NCBI GenBank assembly: GCA_977020255.1
Contig: CDROCS010003983.1
Coordinates: 62,001 to 126,000, forward strand
Origin: Obrimoposthia wandeli
Lineage: Eukaryota
DNA: 64,000 nucleotides
Reading direction: 5' to 3'
Shown: positions 25,663 through 37,904 of the stretch, piece by piece
Position numbering within the stretch: position 1 is the stretch's first letter
Layout of the letters: each line of letters starts with the position of its first letter
Translations under genes and position numbers: made by a program
Notes under the pieces: generated by a model
Told to the model about the DNA's origin: nothing
Database searches by the model: none
What the model saw: the letters and a program-made list of their open reading frames with translations, nothing else

Positions 25663-26149
25663 AATGTTGTAAATATTAATTATAGAGGTAGAGTTAAAGG
25701 AGACATCAGTCACTTACCCTTCAAAATCGAGAAACCCTGTCAGTACGTGCGCAGGTGAAAGGATTATATTCTTATAATCTTCCGTCCAGGTGTGTTTTAT
25801 AATTTATGTTAGTTAATTATTATTAGGAGCATGCAGGATAATGGGTTGCAAGAAACATATTACTACAACTATGCTCAAGTATCCAGTTAGAATAAAGATT
25901 GGACGTATTCAATCAGTAACGGTTACTGTCGATTTGGGTAAGAAGGTGAACCTATACAAGATGTCTCAAAAGTGTGGAGCTGCATGCATGTTCAAACCTG
26001 AGTTGTTTCCTGCTCCGAGGTTTTCAAAACACAATCCTCTATGTGTCAATATATTTGCAAGCAAAAAAGGGGTCATATTCAGTCTTAAAGATTTGGATTA
26101 TAACTTTGATGTGACTTGGATAATAACTGATATTTTACTTTTGATATAA
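25663..26149 (+). pseudogene. TBP-like gene of Polinton A1, two exons with intron 25790-25826; start frameshifted, one TGA
   Basis: VVNINYRG...ILIIFRP(G)|ACRIMGCKK...IQSVTVTVDLG...MFKPELFPA...VNIFASKKGVIFSLK, matching the two TBP core repeats. Confidence 0.75.
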
Positions 26150-26195
26150 ACAATACAGTTTATTTAGTTGAATTGTCATTCTTATAAACAAATAT

Positions 26196-26438
26196 ATGTT
26201 ATATGATTTGATTTTGAAAATGCTCGATGATAATATACTTCATTATATAACTGTTAATAATGTTTTAGTTAAACGAAAAATAGAATATTCTAGAATGAAA
26301 GTTTTACATATGAAATATAGACATGAAAGTGAAAGATTGAAATCATTAATTAAAAATTTTGAAGATAAACTATCTAAAAGTGATTTAGCTAAAGTCCGAT
26401 TTTATAAACATGATGATGATTCAACCGATAAAGTATAA
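26196..26438 (+). CDS. Small basic Polinton A1 accessory ORF, unknown function (second copy at 59970)
   Basis: 80-aa ORF conserved between the duplicated copies; lies between the TBP-like gene and the ATPase in the reconstructed A1. Confidence 0.45.
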   Translation: MLYDLILKMLDDNILHYITVNNVLVKRKIEYSRMKVLHMKYRHESERLKSLIKNFEDKLSKSDLAKVRFYKHDDDSTDKV

Positions 26439-27462
26439 TGTATAATATCATAATATATAATCATTATAATCATTAAATTTTATGTATGATGTCTGCATAA
26501 TCCTTCTGCACCCCATGCATAGTGTGGAATTGGAAAAACTGAAAAAAAGATAGGTTTCGACCCGGCCTATTGTATATACTGTCAAGGTACATTATATGAT
26601 TAGGAATGGTATCTTAAACCAATGAAGCAATATATGAATTTTTTTCTACATGCCCATTTCTATTAAAATTAAATGTTTTAAATGTACTAATAATTGAAAT
26701 TAATGATAAGAATATTGATTTTGATACATCACTGTTGATCGGAAGAACAAGAAAGATTATTTTTTGCATATTTGAGGAGGTATAAATGGGATTGGTCTAG
26801 TTCCAACTCCAAATGTGCGCAGAGGTTAAATAGTGTAGAATACGTATTTATATATTTAGGCAGGATGGAACTTCTTGTCATAGACAAATATCAACTAAAC
26901 TTATTTATATAAGATTTTCTTCAACAATCAGAAGTCGAGCAACAATATTATTCAGAATATGTAAATTAAGCTCAACAAAAATATATCAATAAAAAACTTC
27001 AAATTCAGATGAACATTGGTTATTAGGACCTCAATGGATACATAAATGTGGCATACAATACACATTATCTATCAGAAATAAAGGGAAAGTATATATACAG
27101 TATAGGGACAGGAAAACTTATGTCATTTTGACAATTACTATTCCAGAATGTACGGGCCTCATTATAGTCTTGAAGACTTAAACTCTTGAATTCAGTTACG
27201 GGCGGCATTTCAGTTGTCTTTTGTAAATCTTCGAAGGATTTTGCAAATTTAGGGTTAGGGATATGGCGGTGGTTAGGGTTAGGGAGCTTTATAATTTGCG
27301 AGTTTCATTATGTTTTATTCATATATCCTTATATATATCTCACGCAAGATATAAAAAAAGAGTAATAATAACATACATTCATGAATACAACCAAACAAAT
27401 CCTCAACCAATCATGTGAGGTTAGATAGAATATAAACAATTCAGACATTATTTCTGATCACA

Positions 27463-27961
27463 ATGTTGATAAACATCGAGAAGAAGATAGCAATATCAGA
27501 GAAGAGGATCAATTCCATTGCATTGAAGAAAAGAAGCAAGAAACAGTCTATGGATTTTATTCGACAATTAGATATCTCCAATGATGTCATCAAATTGAAG
27601 AAACCAAAATTTCAAATTCATATGGGATATGTATTTACTCAAAAATCCTATAACATACCACTTCTCCAATCATGTTCATGTAACGAAAATCAAGTTTGAT
27701 TATATCATCAGAGATATCCATGAAGAAGATGTTATACAATTGAATGAACTCATGCAACAATTGGATATTGGATATAAAATCCATAGAAATGCTATATTGG
27801 TGAGAGCTGATGAAGGTATTTTTGCAGATTATTGGAATGTTGAAAAGAATATGAAAAATGGAAAATGGACCCTATTCATCATGATTCAAGGATTTATGAC
27901 CAAGTGTGATGGAAGTTTAAAACCTATATGGAAGATTACCGACGGATGTATAATGTTATAG
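27463..27961 (+). pseudogene. Polinton B accessory gene, putative OB-fold/SSB-like family (frameshifted)
   Basis: C-terminus ILVRADEGIF...KWTLFIMIQGFMTKCDGSLKPIWKITDGCIML. Confidence 0.65.
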
Positions 27962-28249
27962 AAATTATATATAAATATTGATGTTTTATCTTACGAATTT
28001 ATGTACTATCCACTTGAATATCCTAATTTCCTGAAAATATCGTTAATTTCTCTATTTTTCTCTTCTTAAACATCTTAACCAGCACGTAATTTCCCTCTCC
28101 TCTCCATAAACATCTTAACCACCATGAGATTTTCCTCTTCTTAACCCTATAACATAATATATTTTTAGTAACATTGCATCATCTATTCTTATTGGTTAAT
28201 CTGAGTCTCAGTTTTATATAAACAAAGATATATTTAAATAAACATGTAA

Positions 28250-28526
28250 GCTGATTTATAGCAACGTCATCATACTTTTCATGGATATACATTTTCTCAA
28301 GAAGCCTTTCAATTTCATATATTGATGGGAAAATTGCTGATATTACTTAAAAATCAATCAAATACTTGTCAAAATCAATTTTATCACCTACAAGAAAAAA
28401 AATCCAATATTATGACGTCATTTTCTGGAATATCAATGGATCAATGTCTACCAACTGAATTACAATGGAATATACAAGATTGCACCCCGTGGCTTAGTGA
28501 CTCCTGTTTGGACTCTATGGAATTAA
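28250..28526 (+). pseudogene. Further degenerate paralogue of the putative SSB-like family
   Basis: RHFLEYQWINVYQLNYNGIYKIAPRGLVTPVWTLWN* carries the G-x3-P-x-W-x-L ending. Confidence 0.4.
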
Positions 28527-29982
28527 CAAATAAAGGTACGTATTTTCTCCTTTATATTTATTAATATTTTATAAGAAGTTTGAAAGTTAAAAATATATTG
28601 ATGTGAATATTGATATTTATTGAAATAGATGATTTATGAAACGTTAGTAATGAATAGTAATATCTTAATAAAATAGTGAGAAACTATGCTATCTTTAGAA
28701 ATATTAAACCTAGCCCTAGATTCAATAATCAGTAGCTACTTTATAGAATAGATTAATCAATAAAATACTTATGATGAATCATTGTTAAGGTTTTATTAGG
28801 ATTTACAGCATGTGTTATGATATAGATGAAATATGTATATTATCGATAATTTTGGTATAAGATTCTTTGTATGCGAGATTGTATGATAATCAATTTAACT
28901 TTCAAAACATCTAAGTCTTCTCCATATTTAACTATTTTATTCCATTTTATAGTCTAAATCTCAATGACACATTAGAAAAATCATTATTCCTATTATCAGC
29001 TACTTTATGATGGTTGATGATAGTGAGATTAGATGTTGATAATATTGATAATTTAAGGTTTTCAATAATCAATATGTATGGAAATATATGAATTTATGGT
29101 ATTTGGTAATTTCTCTGAAAGTTAGGGATGAAAGTTTTTGTAAGAAGATTCATGATAGAGATGTTAGAATATATGGATAGATATATCTCGATTGATTGAT
29201 TATTAGATTCATTCTTATAAAATTTTCAATATTTTCCTTTACAGCCTAACTTGATTATCTAACTCAAAAGTCTTAATATCTTAGTTTTTACAACAAAATG
29301 TTTAAAGTTAAACAACTGCAATGTAGAATATTACAATCAATCAACATTGATGTATAAGTAATGTTAAATTATGTTTGTTATTTAAAAAACATCCATCTAG
29401 GACTGCTATGGTAGGCTTTATATTGGTCTGATTCTATGCTATTCTTTCCTTAAACCCTAATACTTGTTATATTTTTCCTCTTAAACCTCTTAACATCCAT
29501 GAGATTTTCCTAACATCCATGAGATTATCCTAACTACCACGTTATTTACCTCCTTAAACCTCTCAACTTCCATGAGAATTCCCTAACTACTGCAAGATTT
29601 CCCTAACTAGCATGAGATTTCCCTAACTAGTATTATATTTTCCTCTCAACTACCATGGGATTATCCTAACATCCACTAGATTTTCCTAACTACCATAGGA
29701 TTATCCTAACTTCCACGTTATTTTCCTCCTTAAACCACTCAACTTTCACGAGATTTCCTTAACTACTTTAAGATTTTCCTAACTACCATGAGATTTCCCT
29801 AACTACTACGGGATTATTCTAACTTCCAGAAGATTTTCCTAACTACCATGGATTATCCTAACTTTCACGTTATTTTCCTTCTTAAACCACTCAACTTCCA
29901 CGTGAGTTCTCTATTTCTCTTCTAGAACCATCTAAATATCGTAAATTTCCTGAACATATCATTAATTTCCTGAATACATCCT

Positions 29983-31569
29983 TAAAAGAAGCAACTCAAA
30001 TAACTTCCTTAAAGAAGCAGCTCAAATAATCTGCTGAAAGAAGATCCATCAAGAGTAAGTAACCATGTGCTCATGGTCGTTGTCCTGAAAGACTCATGTC
30101 CTCAACATGTGAAAGAAATAATTCACATCACGTGTACAAATGTCGCAAATAAGTGTAATTATTAGTAATTATTTGTAAATCACACACTCACACAGATGTG
30201 ATGAAAATGTCATGTGAAACATCTGTGTGAGTGTATGATTTTCTCTTCTCTACTGTACACTTCAATACAAGGCAGAGATTTTCTCTGCTTTGTATTGACG
30301 TATGTGTGCGGTTAATGCTATCAGTTGATCGCATCACTCTACTTCTGAATTGAATTTAGCTACAGTATTCGGGTACATTTTTTATTTATATTTATATTTT
30401 TATGCTGCTGCTTCCAATCTCGAGTAAGATTTATTTTTTATTGATGTATGTGTGCGGTTAATGCTATCAGTTGATCGCATCACTCTACTTCTGAATTGAA
30501 TTTAGCTACAGTATTCGGGTACATTTTTTATTTATATTTATATTTTTATGCTGCTGCTTCCAATCTCGAGTAAGATTTATTTTTTATTGATTTAATTTCA
30601 ATATATATGTTTGAAAAACACCATGAAGAACAAATATCTATTGATTATTGTCCTTCTATTGTGTTTTTTAAACATTATTTGAATAATCATCAAATTATAA
30701 TCGATTAATAATAATCCTTTTAAATGATGTGATGTGGTTAGATGTCTGTCTTTCATGACATGAGCTCATAGTGAGCACATGGGCTCATGAACCTTATGAT
30801 AACCTTGGGCTCATAGTCAGCACATGAGCTCATAAACTGGAACTTGACGATAACCTTGGGCTCATGGTGAGCACATGAGCTCATAACCTAGACCTTGAAA
30901 ATAACCTTGGGCTCATGGTAAGAACATGGGCTCAAAATCTTATAATAACCTTGGGCTCTTAGTCGGTATATTAGCTCATGACCTAGACCTCGACGATAAC
31001 CTTGGGCTCATGGTGAGCACATGAGCTCATAACCTAGACCTTGACAATAACCTTGGGCTCATGGTGAGCACATCGGCCCATAACCTCGTAATAAACTTGA
31101 GCTCATCGTGACCTCTAGCTGTGCTCATGTTTTCACACACAAAAGTTTTGAATTTTGAATTTGCACGCATCAAAAACTGATGTATTGAAACAAAAGAACT
31201 TTTTTAAATAGTAGGTCATTTTTTATTATGTTTAAATCATATGCCATTTTAAAAATTATAACCTTAATTGAGAATGAGCTTCAGAAATCGAGTGAAATCA
31301 CCCTAAATAAACCGAAATTTGAAAATGCGCCAATCAAAATTGGTGCATTTAAACAAAATGTTGCTGAAAATAGACGTTTTATAGTACATAATGACCTTGA
31401 CCTTAAAATATCATGTGTACTCGGGATAAATTTGACCTTGACCTACATCTGACATAAATCTTTTTCTTTTTGAAAAATTTCGCGCATATTTGAAAAATTT
31501 TCGCGCAAATTTTGAAATTTTTTTGAGTTTTTGCTAGGGGGTGGCCGGAACTGGACACATCTATCTACT
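29983..31569. repeat. Polinton B long TIR (right-end copy) with internal repeat array and a 146-bp tandem duplication (30301-30592)
   Basis: Reverse-complement match to 62322-63638 along its length. Confidence 0.9.
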
Positions 31570-32301
31570 CATGCATTACCTGTAAAATCTAAATCCGGTA
31601 AGGCTACAGAGTCTGCTCTAAGTATAATGATTGATAAAATTGTCTCTATACATGTATAAACCGATAAGGGTAAAGAGTTTTACAACAAAAAAATAGGTAG
31701 TTTATTTAAGAAATTAGATATTGAACATTACTCTGTAGTTTCACAATTCAAAGCTGCAGTAGTTGAAATGTTTAATAGAACATTGAGAGATCGATTGAAA
31801 AGACATTTTATTGCACAAGGCAATAAAAGATGATTTGATGTGTTTCCAAAAGTAATGATTTCATACAATCCCAGTAAGCATAGAGGTTTAGACGGATTCA
31901 TACCTGTTGATATTACCGACAAAAATGCAATGGAAATTTGGTTGAGTCGTAATCAAGTCAGTAAAGTTAAGAAACCTTATCATAAGACTGGTGATTATGT
32001 TCGGATATCAAAGTTTAGTGGTAGCCCCTTTATTAAAAACTTTGATCAGAATTGGAGTGATGAGGTGTTTAGGATAGAGAAAATAAACAAACGTGCAAAT
32101 CCTGTAATGTACTCTATAGTTGATGATGACTGTAATGTAATAACAGGGAAATTTTATGAACCTGAATTACAAGTAATTAATAAACCTACAGTATTCCATA
32201 TCCAAGAAGGCGATGGTAAGAATAAACAATATCGCATAACGTGGCATGGATATTCTGAATCAACATGGATCAAAGCAAGCCAGAAAGATACTTCTATATG
32301 A
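31570..32301 (+). pseudogene. Polinton A1 integrase, 3' part (after the B insertion)
   Basis: ALPVKSKS...TDKGKEFYN...KAAVVEMFNRTLRDRLK...GDYVRISK...FIKNFDQNWSDEVF...GKFYEPELQ, ending in chromo-like YRITWHGYS. Confidence 0.9.
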
Positions 32302-33433
32302 TTTTACCGAGTAATAGTAGTCCGAAAACTAAAGCTAATAATATGGCTTCATTATTCACTGTAGATTGGGAGTATCCAATTACGTTGATTGGTAAATGGG
32401 AGGCGGTATTAACTGAATTTACATATAAAAAACACTCCTGTTATTTTAAATAAGGGTAGTGAAATTAGTTATTCTTTTAAATTCTCCAATCAACAGATTG
32501 ATAAAATATCTTTATCAGTAATTCGTACTCAAGTAGAAGTAGAAACGAAAGAACCACGATTGCATGGTGATAAATCAGAACCAAAGGTTATTAAAAAGAC
32601 AAATAATAAAATATCAAAACTCACCGTCACGTCTAAAGATAAGATTGCAAAGCTTTATATTTTCTTAATCACAGTTGGTGTAGGTGTTGATAAAAAGGAT
32701 AATGTTGTACTGATACAATCCGTCAACAACAAAAAATTCTATATCAAGATGGATGCTGAAGTTAAAAATGAATTAGGATTCCTTTTCAATACATCAACTT
32801 CAGATAGTTTCGAGTCTGATGATAAAGGAGTTTTACAAGGATCAACATCTATCAGACCTGATTGTGGTGCACATAATATACAGTATATGCGTTATAAAAC
32901 CGTTTCATATAACAAGAAAATTGTGTTTACAGAAGATTTATATAATAATAATATAAATGCATTAGTGTCATACATTAATTCTAAATGTGATGTCATATTT
33001 AAAAGATTTAATATGGATGATTATGATAAATTAATAAAATTTGTATTAATGAATAAATTGAGCATATTACATTTGATCAACGTTTAATGTATGTATTAGG
33101 GAATATAAATCACGCTTTATCATCGACGGGTCAGGTAAACCTCGATTAAGTTATGAGTTTGATCACATGTACTTGTATGCTAGTCTGTGTGAACCTGTAA
33201 ACGTTGGAGGTCAAATGATACATCTATTAAAATCCATATGGTAAGATAAAAATAAAGCACCAGGAGACACGCTTAATATCGCCATATACCGACCAAAGTA
33301 TATCCCTTTAGCATCAAATGTCATCTCAAACATCGGAATTAATATTAGAAACGATGCAGGTATCCCAATAAGATTTTCCAACAATGCAAAAGTATCCATT
33401 ATCATACATGTCCTTTGTATAGATCAGGTATAA
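32283..33433 (+). pseudogene. Polinton A1 penton/minor capsid protein (frameshifted)
   Basis: N-terminal YMILPSNSS...GKWEAVLTEFTY; C-terminal MYLYASLCEPVNVGGQ..LLKSIW...ISNIGINIRNDAG. Confidence 0.8.
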
Positions 33434-33458
33434 GCAATCTGTATTAAAATAGTTGTCC

Positions 33459-33870
33459 ATGACCGTTATGAATATAACTGAGACATTTAGTGAGCCTCAA
33501 CAAGGTGGCGAATTACCATATTTTGTAGGTAAACAGTACGGTTCGGAATGGTTGAGAACATTGGGACAGTTAGTATTCCCTATACTGAAACGATTAGGTC
33601 GTGTTAGAGTAATACATTTCAAGATATATTAATGAACAAAAAATCTGTGTTACCTATGCTTAAACAACATGCAGTAGGGAAGTTGCCGGAATTATACCAG
33701 AGGCTAAGGAAGCTTTTGATACAGTTGTTAAACATATTAAAAATCGACGTAAGCGTAAAGCGAGTGAAGTAGCGGATGTGTCTGAACCTGCAGCTAAAAC
33801 GCAAGAGGGTAGTGGTAGAAAGAAAGCATCTAGTATAAACAAACGTAGAAAACGAGGTACAATATTTGCT
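33459..33870 (+). pseudogene. Polinton A1 PX-type (QxGxG amphipathic) protein
   Basis: QQGGELPYFVGKQYGSEWLRTLGQLVFPILKRLG, homologous to ORF 45014. Confidence 0.75.
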
Positions 33871-33875
33871 TAATA

Positions 33876-36470
33876 ATGGCTTGTGGTAAATCTGAATTAT
33901 GTATTTCCTATCAAGCTTTGCCTCAGGTAGTTGTAAATAGCGATAGCTTTAAATATAGATATCCAACAAACAATATTACCGTGACAAGAACAGCAGAGAT
34001 TCTGTTTAAAATCCAAGGTTCAGATATTGAGTACTTAGATTTGAATGATACCTTGTTGTTTGTGAAAATTAAAGTAACGAAAACATGGTACAGACCTAGT
34101 TGTTGCTGATAATGTGGTTTCATCAAATTTCTGATGTATTCACTATTTAAAAGCATAGATATAACAATGAATAATACTGTAGTTGAAACCCATCCTCAAT
34201 ATGCACAAAAAGCTATGATTGAAACCATACTAAACTATGGGACAGACACTAAAGACACTTGTTTGTCGAGTATAGGTTATGATGAAACTGTAAATAATCG
34301 TACAGGTTGGGCCGCGGATTCAAAAGAAATTGACTTGTGTGGGACTCTTCGATCTTATATTTTTGAGCAACCAAAGTATCTCTTACCTGGTGTGTCTGTC
34401 ATGGTAAGACTTGTACCTAATAAATCTATGTTTAGTCTGAATGACGGAACAACTCCATCACGAATCAAGTTTATCTAAGCTAAACTTAAAGTCAGAAGAG
34501 TCAAAGTTGAGAATGATGTTTTAATTAGACCGTGGTGACCCCTATGCTACCCTATCGTCTTATTATGCTTATTATACTTATTATGCGAGTTTTATTATGG
34601 TTGTCAAATTATCTTATGGATTATAAAAAATTGGAAGTGATCCAAAGAAAGGAAATCAATAAAACTATCTGTTATTCTCTTCTCGTTATTTTCTCCATAC
34701 CCTCTAAATTGCTTCTCATATCAATTACCCTCAATTAAGACAATACATGGACATAATATTGGTCTTGAATCTAGGAATTCTGTATATCCCTATACTCGCA
34801 GAAAGCTAATGTTTCATACCTTAGCCATCAGTTCTACGAGGTTTTACAAGGATCAAATGTTTGATGATGAACAATTGCCTAAATTTGTGTTGATTATGTT
34901 GCAAGTAGGTGAAAAACCTACCGGCAATGGTGTTAGGATTAGGAATTACAAAATTAATTAATTATTTACATAGAAAAATGAAACTTTGAAAAGCAAGGCT
35001 GAATAAAATATATTTTTTTAAAATTTAAAGTAAAATTAAGTTTGATGATATTGAAATAAGTTTAAGTATCTTGAAAGGTCGTGTGTAATCTGAAGTATAT
35101 AAGGTATTTTAGAAAAATTAAAAGGGCCCAAAACATAATAATAACAGCAGAAATTAAAGAAGCAAGAATCAAATTATCATCAAAAGAAAAGACATTCAGA
35201 AAAAATAAAAAACTAATTAACGACTGAGAACGAAACAGCCGTCATCAGTCAAGTTATCTTCTTTCAAGCTCGTGGAAACATACTTGATTAACGGGAATCA
35301 ACCATCTGGTAGACGATCTCCATATACGACTGGAAACGAAGCAGCCGTCAACGTGATGAGGTAAGAAATATTTAGCTTCTATTAAGCTAATTGTTTTCCT
35401 TTCAGATATTTATATTATAAAATATGAAAACAAGGATTGTTAGGGAAAATTTGGATTATTGGAAACGAGGCATTAATTGGAAGACCAAGAGGTGACTAAA
35501 ATATTAGGATCGCAGCACTATTAATATCAGTCGTTCAGGACACAAGGAAAATAAGCAAGGACCGGACAGACACGACGAATTGCCGGATACTAGGACTCTA
35601 GCATCTCGACGGAGAATAGCGGCCAGCCTCTGTGGACCATTCGATACTGGAATTAAAGGTAAAAAATATATAATTGAATATTAAATCTATTGTTGAAAAA
35701 AGATCTAATTGAATATAAAAACTATTGTTGAAAAAATATCTAATTGAATAATAAAACTATTGTTGAAAAAAATTATAATTGAATATTAAGATCTAATTGA
35801 ATGTTAAAACTATTGTTGAAAAAAGATCTAATTGAATATTAAAACTATTGTTGAATAATATCTAATTGAATACTTGAATCAACCCACCTAGGACGAGGAC
35901 GATACCAATCCCGTTATACACCACACTACAATAAGGGAACCTTTTCAATACCTTGTGCACACAACCCTGTACACACCTCACAATACACTAGTATAAAAAT
36001 CCTTCAGACTTGAGACTAAGTTAAGTGAGATAAAACCTAAATAGGCCACGACCATCTGCAAGCCCTATTGCTACAGAACTCACGTTGGGGTCCTCCATAC
36101 AAGGATCTGGTTTTATATAGAAACCCCAACAATGGTACTACAGACTCTTCAATTTTCGATCATTCTGATGTTAGTACTATAAGTATTGCTAGAATCAGTG
36201 CTTTTAACGAATCTGAACAGGTGAAACCACCTTTTCATATCTTCAATCTATCATTAGAAATATGGATAATTTGGATAAGAATATAAACAATGGCGTATCA
36301 CTGGATGAATTCAAAAACATTTATCCGTTTTTCACTTTTGTATCTGACTTTGATATCACACAAAACCAATTTGCAAAACAGGGTAATTTACGTCTTGACA
36401 TCAAGTTTCACAAGTCATTAACAGTCCCGTAAAACGAACTGATTTACGGGATTTTGTCAAAAGTTCGATT
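33876..36470 (+). pseudogene. Polinton A1 hexon/major capsid protein, interrupted by X2
   Basis: MACGKSELCI...ILFKIQGSDIEYLDLNDTLL...FEQPKYLLPGVSV...GNLRLDIKF; the frame resumes after the ATGG TSD. Confidence 0.85.
34931..36131 (+). mobile_element. Solo-LTR-like element X2 (1201 bp) with an internal tandem array of about 35-bp units (35672-35872)
   Basis: TGTTAGG...CCCCAACA termini, 4-bp TSD ATGG (34927-34930 / 36132-36135). Confidence 0.8.
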
Positions 36471-36636
36471 TTAAATTAAAACGCCAAGTCAACATTTCGT
36501 ATAAACATCGACTTTCTAAAAATAAACTTTAACTGTGATTGGAGGAATATAAAAATATATTGGCTCAATGTTCAATTAGCTTATCAAGCAGAATGCCCGA
36601 TATAAATGGATAGGTAGCTGATTACAACACGCAGTT

Positions 36637-37173
36637 ATGGATATGTTTAGTTTGTGTAAAACAGGTACTAAACTTAGTCTCAAGAACCTTGACGACGGAT
36701 TTTATCTAAGCATTGACAAGGACAAAAAGTCTCTGTGTCTAACAAAGAAAGACTCAGAGAAGGCGCATTTTATTGAATATCTCTTCAAGCATTTAACGGA
36801 TAAAACTCCTGTTAAACTGCATCAGATCGTGGACGCCAAAGAAGGGGTCACTTTGTGCTTCAAGAATAATGGCTTCAAACTCACTCAAATGTACAGTTTC
36901 AACTTCATTTTACAGACGGATCCCAATGCTCTCGCTCTGCAGAATCACACAGAGTTGAACATTCCAGATCCATCTCCCGATCTATTCTGTATTTTTCATA
37001 CCTCATGTCCGAGTGTTGGAAAAGGCAGCTCGAAATTCAAATCCGATACGTTCGTATACAATCTACTAATTGCCGACAACTCCGGAGTACCTACAAATAA
37101 AACTTTCGAAAGCTGGGTTAAACTGACAGCATATGTCAAGAAACACCGGAACTCCTCCTGGATATGGAACTAA
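36637..37173 (+). CDS. Intact 178-aa ORF, candidate beta-trefoil (IL-1/IL-18-like) protein
   Basis: Uninterrupted ORF among pseudogenes; by-eye pattern similarity to IL-1-family strands (see findings). Confidence 0.45.
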   Translation: MDMFSLCKTGTKLSLKNLDDGFYLSIDKDKKSLCLTKKDSEKAHFIEYLFKHLTDKTPVKLHQIVDAKEGVTLCFKNNGFKLTQMYSFNFILQTDPNALALQNHTELNIPDPSPDLFCIFHTSCPSVGKGSSKFKSDTFVYNLLIADNSGVPTNKTFESWVKLTAYVKKHRNSSWIWN

Positions 37174-37904
37174 TAAAATTGCATTTATTTTGTCTCATAG
37201 ATCTTTTGTATAGAAAATAAATATCTCTCAACCCCTAATTTTATTGCTGAGTTATTTGCTTTTGAAACAGGAAATGTTGCAATAACCCTTGACTTACAAT
37301 ATAATTTTAGAAAATTGTCAACTTTTATAAATATTCCATTAATGTTTGTTAATTTGCTTTATCACGTTACCCTCATTTACGGTCTCAAATTAGAACTTCT
37401 CTTAATATGACTTTAACTTTCTCCAGTTTAAATTATAATATAAAAATAAATATATAAAAATTAGAGGAAATTTTTATAATATAAAATTCGGAACTCAAAT
37501 GTTATTATTTATTGATTTAGTTTTCAGTTTTGGAAATTGAAGTTTTTAATGTAAAATAATTAGCATTTGTTTAATATCTTCATGTCATATTTTTACATAT
37601 TTTGAATTTTCTTTTTAGAAATGACTAACCAGACAGAAGACCGAAGAAACTGGTATGTGGAAACTTCAACAGTCAGAAAGGTTTACAAGAAGTATTTGGA
37701 ACTAGGCTCCATTAAAGATCTGTATAAAAGAGGAAATTTGAGTTTTTCAATGAAACATACGAGGGAAATAAGCAAAAAAAGCTTTTATTTAGCTCACAGG
37801 ACATAAAGCATGAACATTTTTGAATAAATGTCCTTCAGCAAAATCTTTCAGACACGGATCGATGGATGATCATCTTTTACTAGAAAACCTAACTCAATAA
37901 AGAA

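Larger units (their letters stand above)
26742..31569. mobile_element. Right portion of Polinton B (accessory ORFs, subterminal repeats, long TIR), joined to A1 by a deletion
   Basis: Ends ...GGAACTGGACACATCTATCTACT at 31569; homology to the second duplicate copy stops at GTTGATCGGAA (26741). Confidence 0.7.

Noticed and set aside
37621-37806. Short ORF after a good acceptor, possibly a second exon linked to the IL-1-like ORF
   Set aside because: The upstream ORF ends in a stop with no evident donor, and no family motif is recognisable.
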